Shown here piece by piece: positions 49,101 through 63,220 of a DNA stretch of 64,000 nt. The stretch's first letter is position 1. The number at the start of each line of letters is the position of its first letter. The notes beneath the pieces are model-generated. The model had not been told where the DNA came from, searched no databases, and saw only the letters and a list, made by a program, of their open reading frames with translations. Position numbers and translations under genes: made by a program. The stretch covers positions 21,142,001 to 21,206,000 of the forward strand of contig CM120645.1 of NCBI GenBank assembly GCA_051362555.1. Reading direction: 5' to 3'. Origin of the DNA: Lingula anatina. Taxonomy: Eukaryota; Animalia; Brachiopoda.

Positions 49101-52100
49101 ACCTTCAATGTCAGTCATAATGGAATGGAAGTTACAATTGGGTTAATGGAAAGTCCTATTGGTTCTTATGTCTACAGTGTAGTGGGCACTTGTGGTAATG
49201 ATCCTGGTGTCCAAGTTGAATTCTTCGGATCAGGCTCCATACCTCATGTGTCATGTGATGGTAGGTTAAATTGAAGCTCTGTTTCACTAGAATCTTTGGC
49301 CCGAAAATTGGTCTATACTTTCCAAAAGTTTAAGCCACCTTTGTCACACGGTTAAGCAATAAAGAAGTCCATTTATGTGAAATGTTGTGCCTGTTTTATA
49401 CGAAGAGAGACATGGCTAATATTTCAGACCAAAACTTATTTGAGCAGACTACAAAAGATTAGACTAGAGTGTGGTAGATTAAATGTTTGGTCTAAACATT
49501 GAGACAAAATTTTTGATTGATGTTTGGGACCCTGGTCTCTGATTGTCTGAAAACTATATTTGACCATGAATAAAGTTGATTTATATCAGTTTAGCATAAT
49601 TCAGAAAGAAAATCAAGGTTTGTCAGCATGCGATTAATTTAATTTCAAATTTTGTTTGTTAGAGGTAATTAATATGTTGTAAGGGGCAATGAAAATGTAT
49701 TCAGGACCATATTAAATTTTTAGTACATTCAGTTTTAACTTTGATTTTGCTTAAAGTCAAAGATAGAAATTGATTTGAATTAAAAAAAAAATAGAATTTA
49801 TATCTTAAATTTCTCCACATGTTGTGTCCTCAAACAAAAACTTATGAAAAAAGAAGTAACTGTTATTATTTAACTCCATTCTTCTTAATTCTTTTTCTTT
49901 TTATATATTACTAGAAATAAAGGGTATGATTCATGGAATGATGGGACCCTCAGGGCCCTCAGGGCCCTCAGGGCCATCAGGGCCATCAGGGCCATCAGGG
50001 CCAGCTAGTCCATTTGACCTCACTGGAGAATTGCTGGGAGCCGACATTACTTGCACATTCTCTGACACAAATGGTTGTTATTTGTCTCAAGATCAAAGAC
50101 AAGATGATGTTGATTGGATGGAACCACAGGGAGGTAAGGCTTTTCTTATTTTTCTCAGATTTTCTTTTCTGTTGAGGCATGCTCACACCAGGCCCCTGTT
50201 TCACAAAAAAACTAACTAAAGTCGGTTTCCCTGACTTAGGGCTTGGTTACCAACGTAATTAAGTCGTTACGTCACTAAGTCCCGTTTCACAAAGAATCTA
50301 AAAGGTCGCTTACGTCGTTTTTTTCTTAGCTGTAAGACTTAAGTCAGCAAGCTCAACTAAAACTCGGTAAATGAGAGCATAAACAACAAAAATTTGGAAA
50401 GAACATACCTCCTTCAAGATATTGTGTTATAATATCCTTGAATAGCACTGACATTTATGGAATATTAAAATAGAAAAATAAAATTCCACTTTACCCAGCC
50501 GATCGCGTGTTTGTTTATGTTTTTGACCGCTAGACGTCCCTCAGTAGTGTTCCACGACAAGCTAATGTTTAACTGTTACTTTGAAGTTGTATTGAAGTTA
50601 AACTAATCAATAAAGTTCAAAAACAAACTTTGTTTGTGTTTTGGCTGACTTTTATTGTTGATAAACGATCGTTCTCGGCCGAAAGAGGCCATGAAACGTC
50701 ATGTCTTGTGAAACTTTTGCAATTTTACACCTCCTTTTCTTGAAGAGTTTCTCTACGGTAAGCATGCCAAGCTAAGACGTTAGATTCTTTGTGAAACACT
50801 CCTAGTCGACTTCAGCTAAGTCGACCTAGCTAGGCCACCCAGCTCGAGCTAGTCGACTACGGATTTAAGATTCTTTGGGGGCCAGGACTATCATAGGTTC
50901 CCATACCTAGATTGATCTAACAGGATCGATCCATCTTCGAGGAGTTTCTCGCTAAATTGCTGAATCCCCTCAGAGATAGATCCATCCACAGTTAGGGTCT
51001 GGGAATGGTCCCATAGGGTGCTTTCCCACAGATTTAGATCGATCTAAAGATTAAGATTTAGATCGACCTAACTCCATGGGGGTTCACCCTAAATTGCAGT
51101 CAGCCGAGCGGGCACCATAGTTAATTACCCCTTTCCAGCTTTTAGTAGGCGGGACAGACGCTTAAGCCGGCCAAGCTGACAGTAATCTAGTGAGACTCCC
51201 CACAGGGATAGATCGATCTAAAAATCTATGGAAATGGGGTGATAGACTAATGAATATTTGGGTTTCATATACCACATTTTCTTAACAAAGTACTATTGAA
51301 AGCTCTGAGTTCAGTGTTTTGTTTGGAAGTCCAAGTTAACTCTATAGTAAATAAAATACATAATTAATTATATTAATAAGAAAAAAATACTTCTTTCTTT
51401 CTCTGTACTTTAATTGAGTATGATAAAATGTTCTGTGTGGAAAATTTCTTGATATTTAACAATTTTTTATTATTTGCACTATACAACTATGACTAGTATT
51501 GGATGAATGCTTTTTTTTTCAGATGGTCCATATACCCTTGACTGCAGTAACAGAAATAATCAAAGAGCTGTACTGATGGGAGATTTGGTTAACATCACTG
51601 AACAACGATGTAGTTATATTTTGTATTCTATCTCCGGTGATGCGGAGTTGTCTTCTACAGGACGCTCTGCCAATGGTGAGATATTACCTATCTGTTGCTG
51701 ATAGAATTTTTGTGCAAATTTACACTTTTCATCTTTATTTTTAGAAATGAAATTAATGATTGTGATGAACATTTTTTAAACTTTAAGTAAGCATAGTGAT
51801 TGTTGAAAAATATTTTTAGTATGTTGTGAGGTTAAAATTATTGCATATGCATTTGGGTCGATAAACTACTGTGCCAATTTGGCAATTGTTGTGGAAATTA
51901 CTGTTCATAAAAGTAATAAAATTATAATTCTTTAAATGATTAACACACACACACAAATTTAACGTCATAGTATCAGTATTCCATCTGTAAATTATAAAAC
52001 TTTCACCATTATATTTTTGTTTACAGGAGGCCAAGACGTCCATTTTAGTAGCTCAGATCCCTTGGATAGCTTCTCCTTCAATGTCAGTCATAATGGGATG

Positions 52101-55100
52101 GAAGTTACAATTGGGTTTATAGACGGTCCTGTTGGTTCATATCTCTACAGTATAGATGGCACTTGCGGTAATGATCCTGGTGTCCAAATTGCGCTCTTCG
52201 GATCAGGCTCCATACCTCATGTGTCATGTGATGGTACGTTAAGTATACGGTCTGCTTCACTAGAAACTTTCTACTGGAAAACTGGTCTTAACTGTCATAC
52301 CAAAAATTTTGTTTGAATTTCAATAAGAAAAAAAAAATCATGTCTCCAGATGCAGTGTCCAGAAACTGAAATACATGAAAAGATATGAATTGTTTTTTTA
52401 CTCAGTTTTTTTAAATTTTCTTTCTTTTTTTTTTCTCTTTTTTTATAATATCTAGAAATGAAGGGTAGGATCCATGAGATTATGTTATACGGCGATTCAC
52501 CTGCTTTGCCACTTGGTAATTTCCACGGTATCCCAGAATTGGTCAATTACACCTGCATGATAAGTGAACACAATCCCTGTAACTACATCCAGGTCCAGGG
52601 CCTAGACGAATTGGATTTCACCACCAATAAGGAATGTGAGTATTCCCTCAAAGTTTTTGATTTTTGGTAGTGTTTTATGATCATGAATATGCTTTGTGTA
52701 ATGGTACTGATGCAGAGAGAGTCTCTGTGTTAGTACAGTGGCACAGGGTACCTTAATTGCTTGGTCCATTGGAGAATAGAAAAAAATTAAGTTCTTGGTT
52801 GTCTTTGGCAGTAGTGTGAAATGTAAGCAGGACAAATGACTCATAGTACTTCTTTTTGTTCATTAAAGGGATAATAACTCTTCGTATGAGATCTATATTT
52901 CACAATAAAAACATTGTGAATAACTCATAGAAATATAATATATTCTGTTTTACCACAAAAACGGCAGTTATAGCTATTATTCTGATATCTGAGCTTGTCT
53001 TTAGACCACGTGACCTCCATTGATGGCTATACTTTGTTAAAATCTCTTAAGAGATTTTAACAAAAAACCAAACTTTTTAGAAAAAAACCAGGGACTAACT
53101 TTGAATGTAAAAATGGATTCATTAACCCTTGGTAAGTATGGGAAAATTGTTGTTTACTCCAGGAAAATTCATTTTTTGGCCGAAACGAAGAGTTATTATC
53201 ACTTTAAGTTTATTAAACACTTATTGAATTTTATATTGTTGTATCACATTTATTTTTTCTATCAATGATAACAATTTAGATCTTGATGGTTATGTTTTGG
53301 TGACACAGCAACGTTTTTATACTTAGTAAACAACTTAATTTCAGGTGAAGTAACATTGAAAGATGATTATTTTTTTATTTATTTTCAGTACGAGGACGCC
53401 TTGCCTTGAATTGCTCAGGTACAAATGCTGGTGATACTGCCGCAATTGCAAATTTAATGTCGCATTCTGTTCTCGCTCCCTCTTGCGGGTTCATACTTTA
53501 CGGGAGCGATCACCATCGTGATGTGGCCATGACAGTTCTTGAACAGCAGTATGGCCAGTGGCGTCCACTGTTCGACCTCCAGCCACCTCAGGTCCCACTG
53601 AATTACGTGAAGATGCCAGTGGGCCAGGGCTTGACTGCTTACTTGGCGTTTGCCGATATCATGCCAGGGGAGCATAATTATTCAATCGCAGCTTCTTGTG
53701 GAACACAGGCGGGGATTGAACTTGTGCTTCTTGGCATGGGGCTGCTGCCAGTGCCCTGCGATGGTGAGTTAATGAGCACAAAATCATAATTTTAGTTTAT
53801 CAAAATCAGTCAAGATTATCCAGTTAAGATTAAGTATATAGTTTATCTGTTGGTTTAGGTATTTATGTCTGGCTGGCGTGGGGCTACTGCTGCTAACTTG
53901 TAGTAATAGGTCCATGAATACAAAATAATGATAATGATTGGTTTTAGAAAAAGATCAGATTAGAATTAAAGTTTTATCAGAGTAATGTGATGGTGGTTTT
54001 CCTCATTAAGGAAAAAAATGAATTCTTTTAATTCCAGTTGTTTAAGTTTTGTATAAAAATCATCTGACACAGATGCTTTTAATACATATTAGTTATAAAC
54101 ATAAAATGAATAAAAATTGTGACATTTTGGTTTGTCTGTATTTCACATTTGATAATGGCATGAAGTTGATATCCAAGTCATGTACACATGTTTTTTTTTA
54201 CATTTTGCAACTCTTTCTTCCAGCTGTCTTTGAGATGTTGAACTACACAAGACCAGGAGGTGAGTATACAGTTGAAAGTAGGGGAGCAGTAAGTGCAGAA
54301 AGGTTCTCTTTTTTTTTAATTTAAATGGTCAAAAATGGACAAATTTGAGTTTACTGGAAATACCTTAATTTCTGGTTATTCTCTGTTTATATTAGCTGGT
54401 TTTTGAATGATGTTAAAAGTGAACTATTTATTTTTTAGTCATTTATCTCATAAATATTACATATTACTATATTTGCCTGTTACTAAAAATTTGCAAGTAC
54501 ATTTATATACATATAAACAGTATTTCTTCTTTATAAAATTATTTTGTGCTACTTTTATTAGCATGCAGCATTTGTTTAGAATGAATTGTTTTCTTAATCA
54601 CATAACACAAATAACATATATCCAGAGTGACTGTTTTTATTATTATTTTGATATATTTTTATAGTATGCGATGACAACCCTTGTGAGAATGGCGGAACGT
54701 GCCATGAGATGTCTCTAACACAGCCTTATTGCGAGTGCTCACCGCGCTTCAGCGGGATGTTCTGTGAGATGGGTAAGTGTCGAGATGGGCCTGGTTGTTT
54801 CTTAGGAATGGTGCTAGTTGCACTATTATGATGGATGAAATAAGTCAATTTTGATCAACATTTTAACTCTGTGGTCATCACACTCATTTATGTATTTGTT
54901 TTTTAATTGATTTCATTTGTTAATCATAGTGAATGAAGCATTATTACTATTATCTACTTTGTTTTTGGTAAGGGGTGAGGCATTTATGAAGAAAGTAGTC
55001 AATTATCTTAACAGAAATCATGGCATTTTAGTGAAACATGAAAAGATTTAATGTCTCTGAATTGCATAGCACTGTCATGAAAAAGTAATTGTTTTGTGGC

Positions 55101-58100
55101 ATTAATGATGATGGTTATGGCAAGACTAGGAAAATATAAGTGCTAAATGCTCTGAGCATTGATGACATTAGATTAATAAAGAAAAATCTTGAATTTCAGA
55201 TTTGATCAATGACCCCGTATACCAGTTCGTATACATCCACAGTTGTAATGTCTCAGAACCTCATGGATGTGGATTGGACATGAATTTTAAGGACACTGAC
55301 TTCAATTGGACTAAAACTGGTAAGAAAATCCCTAAGACTACATAACAAGATGTTCCATATATAGTCATTATCAAAGCAAATTAGTCTGATGTCTGAAAAA
55401 TTTATAATGACTATTGTCGTCTTTAGTATTGTACATCATGACAATATGAACTGATAAACTATTTGAATAATTTTGTTCAATAGTTTCATTATAGCTATGC
55501 AATTTCAATAGAAATACTGGGGCGATAACTTGTCACATTAGTCAAAGGTCCCATAACTTGGTGACATTTTACCTAGCTTACGCAGATGGTATATTGGCTG
55601 GTTAAGTATCAGTTCATTTCTCTAGCTTATGCCCAAAGAACCTTCACATTTGTATTGAAAATTTTTAAACCATCAGCCTCTCATGGGGATAATGCAATCT
55701 TTTTTTCAGATAAAGCTGGTTGGGTTTTGGACTGCAATGGACAATTCCCCGATGACAGTGCCATTGTGGGCATGTCAGAATTTATGAACATCACCCAAGA
55801 AACCTGTCTGTCTGGAGTGTTCCATAAGCCAATTCCAGAAACCGGTTTGGAAACATGGGCAATCTATGATGAAGGCGAGCCTCAGTTCGTGGCCAGCTTG
55901 ACTGGTGCAAACAGCCACAATGGCCTGATTGGTGCAGGAGTGACGATTCCATCAGGAGCATACAGAATTGGTCTGCGCGGCATCTGTGCTCGTGGCGGCG
56001 GAGTTCAAGTGCACATCCCTACAATTGCTTTCTTGCCTGGAAATTGCACATGTGAGTGTTTCTTTTTTTGGTTTGATGTAGATATCATCCCTAAGATACA
56101 TTTCCTTGAAAACTTTTTGTTGAATATTGCTATGTGTATAATATATGTTTTTATTTTCTTAATAAATCTCATATAGGACTTGGTACCATGAAAGTACACT
56201 AGTGATTAAAATGTTCATTTTCATGAGAATTTGTTTATTAAAAAACTTGAAAGCAAATTTTGCAAATATATGCAAAATTTGTAGCTTAACACATGCAAAC
56301 ATTTGATAGTTCATTGATAATGAGCATGTTGTAATTTTGTTTTAGTCTGGGCCGAATCTTTGATGGGAAGAACTGAAGTGGACGTCCTTCCCCCTGCTCC
56401 TCCATTTGAACCTTTCATAGGTAGGTCCTAAATTGTAAAGTATTATAATACTGCTGATAGTCAATAAGAATGAATAGTAAAACTGAAATACTTTATATAG
56501 ATGAAAATAGGAAGGATAATAAAATGATTAACTTAATCCATGCAATGTGTGATATTCACACATTTCAGATTGTTCATTACCTTGAGTTAGTATTCTTGTA
56601 TTTAGGAATTGCTGTAAACACCTTTAGGAAGACACTTACCCCATGCTAGTGGTTGTTGTATTGGACATATTCTGTTCACACCGGGTATATGTACTTGTCT
56701 CTGTGAGATATACATCAGTTCTCTACATTGGCTGTGGGGTAATATATAAATAATTATTCTTAAATTTTAGATGGAGATGACTGTGCAAGTAGCCCTTGCC
56801 AAAATGGCGGCACCTGCAATGATGTATGGGCCGACTTCTACTGCAACTGTACGGCTGATTTCTATGGCAAATTCTGTAACATGAGCTTTGAAGGTACGAT
56901 TTCATGAATAACTCTGATGTCATTTTCATTCAATTCTTGTAGATAAGATCAAATTTAATGGTGTGTGATTGAACTATTTTAGCTGCAATATTTTTCCTCT
57001 TTTTTTCCTGAGTTACAATCTGATTTTAAAGAGGAAAAATACTTGACATTCTTAATTTTTTTTCTTGAAAGTCAAATGAACACATGAAAATGATTCATAT
57101 TGTTGATTTAAGGTCAGTTCTTTGGGAATATTTGTCGGACACTGACTTCGAGTAGATTTGAATTATGTTTTGTCCCATTTTACTTTCTTGATTATAATGC
57201 TTTTTCCAGTGAAATGCTAAGCTTTGCTGTCATCATTATATAGAGTAACCATTGGTAATAGCTGACCGATTACTTTATTTTCAAAGGTATCAATGAATGC
57301 GAGAGCAACCCCTGCATGAACAATGCAGAGTGTATTGATCTGAACCTGGCCTTTGAGTGTGACTGTCCTCCAGGATTCATTGGGGATAGGTGTGAGATCA
57401 GTAAGTACAATGGTATTTGTCTCATATATCCCAAAACTGGTTACGATACGGGCGTGAGATCAGTAAGTGTTATGATATTTGACCTAGATCCAGAAAAAAT
57501 CTGTACAATAGAATTTATTTATCAAGACAACTTCATATGGCTGCATAGGGGAAGAATGAGTTTGTTTCTTGTTACTTAGGGTGGTCTAGCTCTTTCCACA
57601 TGGTCTCATTGACATGGCCTGGTTGTGCCTGTTGTATTGTAATAAAGCTAGTGATATAGAGGAGAGTTTAGAATGAGGAGATGACGTGCCTTACTTGATA
57701 TAAAATATAGAATTAATTAAGATAGATTTAAATAAACAGTTTAAAACTAAAGGCATAGCCTTAATAACATACCCATGATTTTAATCATTTAAAATTAAAA
57801 TTTTCCTTGAATTGTCATGTTCACAAATTCTCTTCCAGACTATGATGAGTGTCAGTCCAATCCTTGCTCCCCTGAGTCCAACTGCACGGATAGAGTCAAT
57901 GCATTCTTCTGTGAATGTTTACCTGGGTACACTGGACAGTTCTGTGACTCTCGTAAGTTATTTTAAGTGTTTACTTTCTTTTTAACAATAAAAGGCTTAA
58001 GCCCTTATGGAAATTTCCTTATAGGATCCTATAGGACATCTTCAAGGAAGTAAACCCCAAAATCTATGGGGTCCTATAAGACATGTAGTAGAATTCCTAT

Positions 58101-61100
58101 AGAGACCATCATGTCTTGTAGGATTCCTATAGTTTCATGGATTCCTATAAAATCCTGTAGGGGGGTTTTGTGAGGGAAGTTAAAAGTTAAATATACCGAA
58201 GTATGATGATAAGAGATCCTTACTTTTTGAAAAATCCTGTTGTTAGCTTCCTCGCATAAATGTGTTCACAACTGAGAGCTGGCAGTGATTTTTACTCAGT
58301 TTATATTTTATATTTCATTAATTTATATACTGTGTAAGCGAGTGCATTAGAAAACTTTCTCCCCTTTACAAGAAATTACAGACATAACTTACTAATTACT
58401 ATATTTTAAGATGTCAACTTTGCAAAAAAAAAAAAAAAATTACAATGTTACAATTTTTGGTTTGAGAAAGATTTTCTCCACTTAATATGTTATTATATTT
58501 TTTAGAAATTGACGAGTGTGCAAGCAATCCATGTCAAAACAATGGCTACTGTATCGATGATGTAGCAATGTTTATTTGTGAATGTGACGTGGGTTACACA
58601 GGAGCAGTGTGTGAAATCAGTAAGTACATACATCAGTTGAATACAAATAAAAACTTCTATGTTCTATGTTTTAACAAAATTATAAGACAATACTTACAAA
58701 ATACACAATGTCATAATATGAGAATATTACATTAAATTTTAATGCTCAGAAGATTTAAGTTGGATTGATCATGGATATTGTAATACCAAATTAAGCTATA
58801 CAAATGGATTATTAAATTTAACATGCATTTTTAAAAAAAGTTTTGTTAGAAGATATTTATCAATGACTGTGGTAAGATTTGATACAGAACAAATATTTAT
58901 GAACAATTTTTTGAAGCACTTAATTCAGAATTCAGGAGAGAGATTCTTTAATGTAATATGTTTACTTTCTAGACATTGATGACTGTGCTGGTGTTCAGTG
59001 TCAAAACAATGGAACCTGTGTGGATTTAATAGAGGACTATTACTGTGCCTGTAAGAACCTCACGACTGGAGATTACTGCGAAGTCTGTAAGTATAATTGT
59101 CATCACTAGGTGGCGTAACTTTTTTCCCTTCATTCCTATAAGTTATCACTACATGTCAGTTAAAGAGTCATGCAGTTCTTAAAATATAATAGTCTTCAGA
59201 AAATGTTAGGAATATAATATACTTAGTAAAGTATACTTAGAAGTATACTAGCTTATATTTACCCATGCCTGCACTTTCATTGAAAAGTACAGTAAGAGTT
59301 AGTGCAATAATTGTATGTATCAATTTGAGACTCTGTATTCAAAAATATCCCAAATTGTCACGTACATGTATCTGGTATTAGTTGTTTTTGAGTTATCAAA
59401 AGTTTAATTTCTGATATAAAACAGAAACAAACTAATTCAACAATTTTACTAATTATAAAGTATATTAGGGGCATGTGATACAAATATTTTGACACCATTT
59501 CAGTGGAACCATTTTATCAAGCTTGGGGAGCCTGGGGTTCGTGCTCAGAGGAGTGTGGTGCAGGAGCCGTACGCACGCGTGTACGCACATGCACTGATAT
59601 ATCTGGTGCAGATCGCCCTGTGTCCCATTGCGAAGGCTACAACCGTGGACCATCGAAAGAGGTCACAAACTGCAACCTTGAACCCTGTGTTGGTGAGGAG
59701 GCTTTGGTTTTTCTGTGTGCTTGTATTCTTTAAAAGCATTCAGTGTACATGAAACCTTAATATAGATAAAATAATTTAATCTATTTTTCTTTGCAATTAA
59801 GCAGTCTTCTTCATCAGCAACACATGGTATTCCCTCTCAGAAACTATTGACTAAATTGTAGTTTATAATATCCAGTTTCTTTGAGTTATAAGTTTCTGAT
59901 TTTAAAGTCACTGTTGTAATGTCAATGGTGAATTTCACTTATTCTTGTAATTATGATAAAATTTGAAGTTTATGTACATTCATTAAAGGATATTGTTTAG
60001 GTTTAATAAATCTTACCCCGTTCTTTCTTTGTGGTTTATCTTTTATATGGCCAAAATGATAGTTTTACACAGTTCTTTGTTTTGATTTAAAAGAGCTACA
60101 CTTACTTTTCATCTGCTATCATTGCAAGTTCTTGTAGCTTATTACTTTTAACATTTGATTTTTTATGACAAATTCTTCAACACCAGTTTTATATATTACG
60201 TATTCCTTGCAGTAGAAGCCATTGCAGTTTTTAATAACACTAGTAAAGCTTTTCAAACATTATATAGTTTTTGATTTTATTTATAGCTGCATTTGACCCG
60301 TGCTCCCTCCAGCCATGCGGCACCCTCCACACGTGCGCTGTCGTAGATACCACGGGCAGGTACAAATGTGCATGTGCCAGTGGTTACCAGCACCCTGTGG
60401 ATGACAATGGAAATGAGATCCAAAACCAGTGTGTTGGTATGTATCTTCGGTTACTGCCTTGAAAAGGAGTTACCAAACCTTTTTTTTATATGTGTGTTTA
60501 ACTTGAAATTAATCTCTGCACATTGGGAAGAAAATACCAAGAAGTGCTTTACAGATGATTTAAAATTCTCTTGGTGAAAAGTGCCTTCTTTTTATGAGTC
60601 TGCTTTAATCAGTGGGGCATGACCAAGAAATTAGTAGTTAACCTTTTAAACCATCTTGTTAAGTCCCAGACTTCGTCAGTCAGACTTTACGTTAAAATAA
60701 TGTCACGTTAGATAACGCGCGGTTCTTGGGCCTTAGTGTTGTGCGCCCAGCTGATCCAATAAAACAAACAAGATTCTCATTTGACGCAAATGGAAATTTA
60801 ATACTGTCTTTGGAAAATATACAGAGGTTTCTTCTACATAGTAACTGTCAGTCCAAAATGTATAATGATATTGCCAGAGCCAAAATACGATATATCATAG
60901 CCTTAAAACAGGGCAGCCTTTATAGATCATTCAGGAATTTTAATAACCAGGAAGAAATAACACTTGACTGAGCTCAGTCCTTTTGTCTCAGGTTTTGCCC
61001 CAACTCAGTCACCGTGTTTCCTGGATCATCATTATCCACCCTAGCCTTCAAAGGCATTTCTAAATTTTATCTCGTGCCAAGTGCCCTGGTCACGATCATT

Positions 61101-63131
61101 CCCGAATGTCTATTGACTGCCCCCTTCTAAGCTTATCTTAGGATAAGAATATTATTTTAATTAATTGTTTATATCAATTATAAAATACCCAAAGTGGTAT
61201 TTTACAATCTGGACACTAGAGACATGATATTATGGCAAATTTCTTTTACCATATTATTTTATTCTGTCACCCTTACCCATATTTATCTTTTAGACACTGA
61301 CGAATGTGACATCACCCAGTTCCCCATCAGCGACTGCAGAGAACCTGGTGGCTCCACCAAACTACTTCCTAGTGTCGCTGAATGTGTCAACTTGGAGGGA
61401 ACTTACCTCTGCTACTGTGCTGACGGTTTTGTGAGGGACAAAAATGCTACGCGTAAATGTAAAGATATTGATGAGTGTGCTCTTGGACTGCACAATTGTG
61501 ATGTCAATGGTAGAGCCAAGTGTATCAATCGCCCAGGTGGATTCAGATGCAGCTGTGTCGCCCCCTACAGGGGAAATGGTACCATAGGCACATGTATTGG
61601 TAAGGATTCTTTTAAAGTATAGTAAACTACTTTTTGGGGGTTTGAATTGTGAAAAAGGGGATATATGTAGTATTCCCCTAAAAATTTACCAAGATTTATG
61701 ACATGCAATGAAAAAAGTGCACACACACGTACTCACATATGCAGGCTCACACACACATGCACATGAAGGCACACACAAACACACACACTTTTTTCATTTT
61801 TTTAAGATTACTTGATTGAAACTTTGGAACAAAAAAAAGTAAGATCCACCCAGTTACTTTGTCAGAACATTTATCTTCATGACTAACAAAAACTTAAATG
61901 AAAAGTATAATTCAAGCCTTGTTTCACTGATATTTTTTCTCCACAGAGAAGAGACTGATTCCATTTGAGAACCATCATAAGGTGCCATTTGCAGGCAGCA
62001 ATGTATCTGTGATATCCCAATTCTTCTTCCCCAAGTATGGCATACCACTGTACGGACAACAGATTCATCCTTCCCTCTATGTGAGTTCTTGAAATTAAAT
62101 ATTCGAAGTGTTTTAGCACGTGTTATATGTAGTTAGGATGTACCCACTTCCTTCACCTACAAAACTAAATAAATGAATAAATAAATAAGTGAACAAATTA
62201 TGATAATAAGAATGATAAAAATGAATAAAAATGGGATAAAACCTGGCAATTTTTTCATCCCTGTCGACTTTTTTATATTTTGTCTCTGTTCAGTTTGTTG
62301 GCTTTTGTAAATTTTTGCATTTCTTGTTCACTGCCTAAAATAAAAAAAAATTTGGTTTGGATCCACTTTTAATGCCTTAAAAATCTCCAAAATCATCCCT
62401 TTTTTCATCGTTTTCCAGTTTGTCCAACACGGAGTCATCATGGTGACTGATGTGGAAATTTGGGAGGCCGAGGCTGACAGCACCAAGCTTCAGAAAGCCT
62501 TCCGTAACCCCACCAAATTCCCACTGAGACAGGCATATTTTGGATTGGACTTTAGAGAGGTTGCAGGCATTGGTCCTTATTGGGTTAACATGCATATGGA
62601 GAACGATAGAGTAAGTATTAGTTACTATGCATGTCAGTTATTCAGCCATGAGCTCTATCTGCAGGATCACAGAATCCCAAGATGTTTAATTCAGTTTTGA
62701 TAACCACCCACACTCATCCATCCACTTGATCATATTTGTCGAGAACTATTTTGGATTTTGAAAAATGTTTCCATTTCAAAAAGTTTTGCATCTGTTTTTT
62801 TTTTTTGGCATGAGAATTAAACAACATACTTTGGAAATATTTTGATGTTAATGTAGCAGAGATGAAATTTGTATCTTTGGATAAAGAATATAAATAAAAG
62901 TATATTTATCACACCTGTAGGATGGGCGTGGTATTTACTACAAGGAGTATGGACTAGATAACAGCAGAGATGCAGATTTTCTGAAAGCGGCTTCTCTTCA
63001 GATGAAGGCTGCTCACAATTTGAGCTCCTTCAGTGGAGAATACATGTTTGTGGTCACCTGGAACAAGATGCAGCATAAGATTAACAAGTGGCAGGTGAGA
63101 AAGATGCCTCTGTTAACTCTGCCCCCCCCCT

Positions 63132-63220
<89 letters not shown>

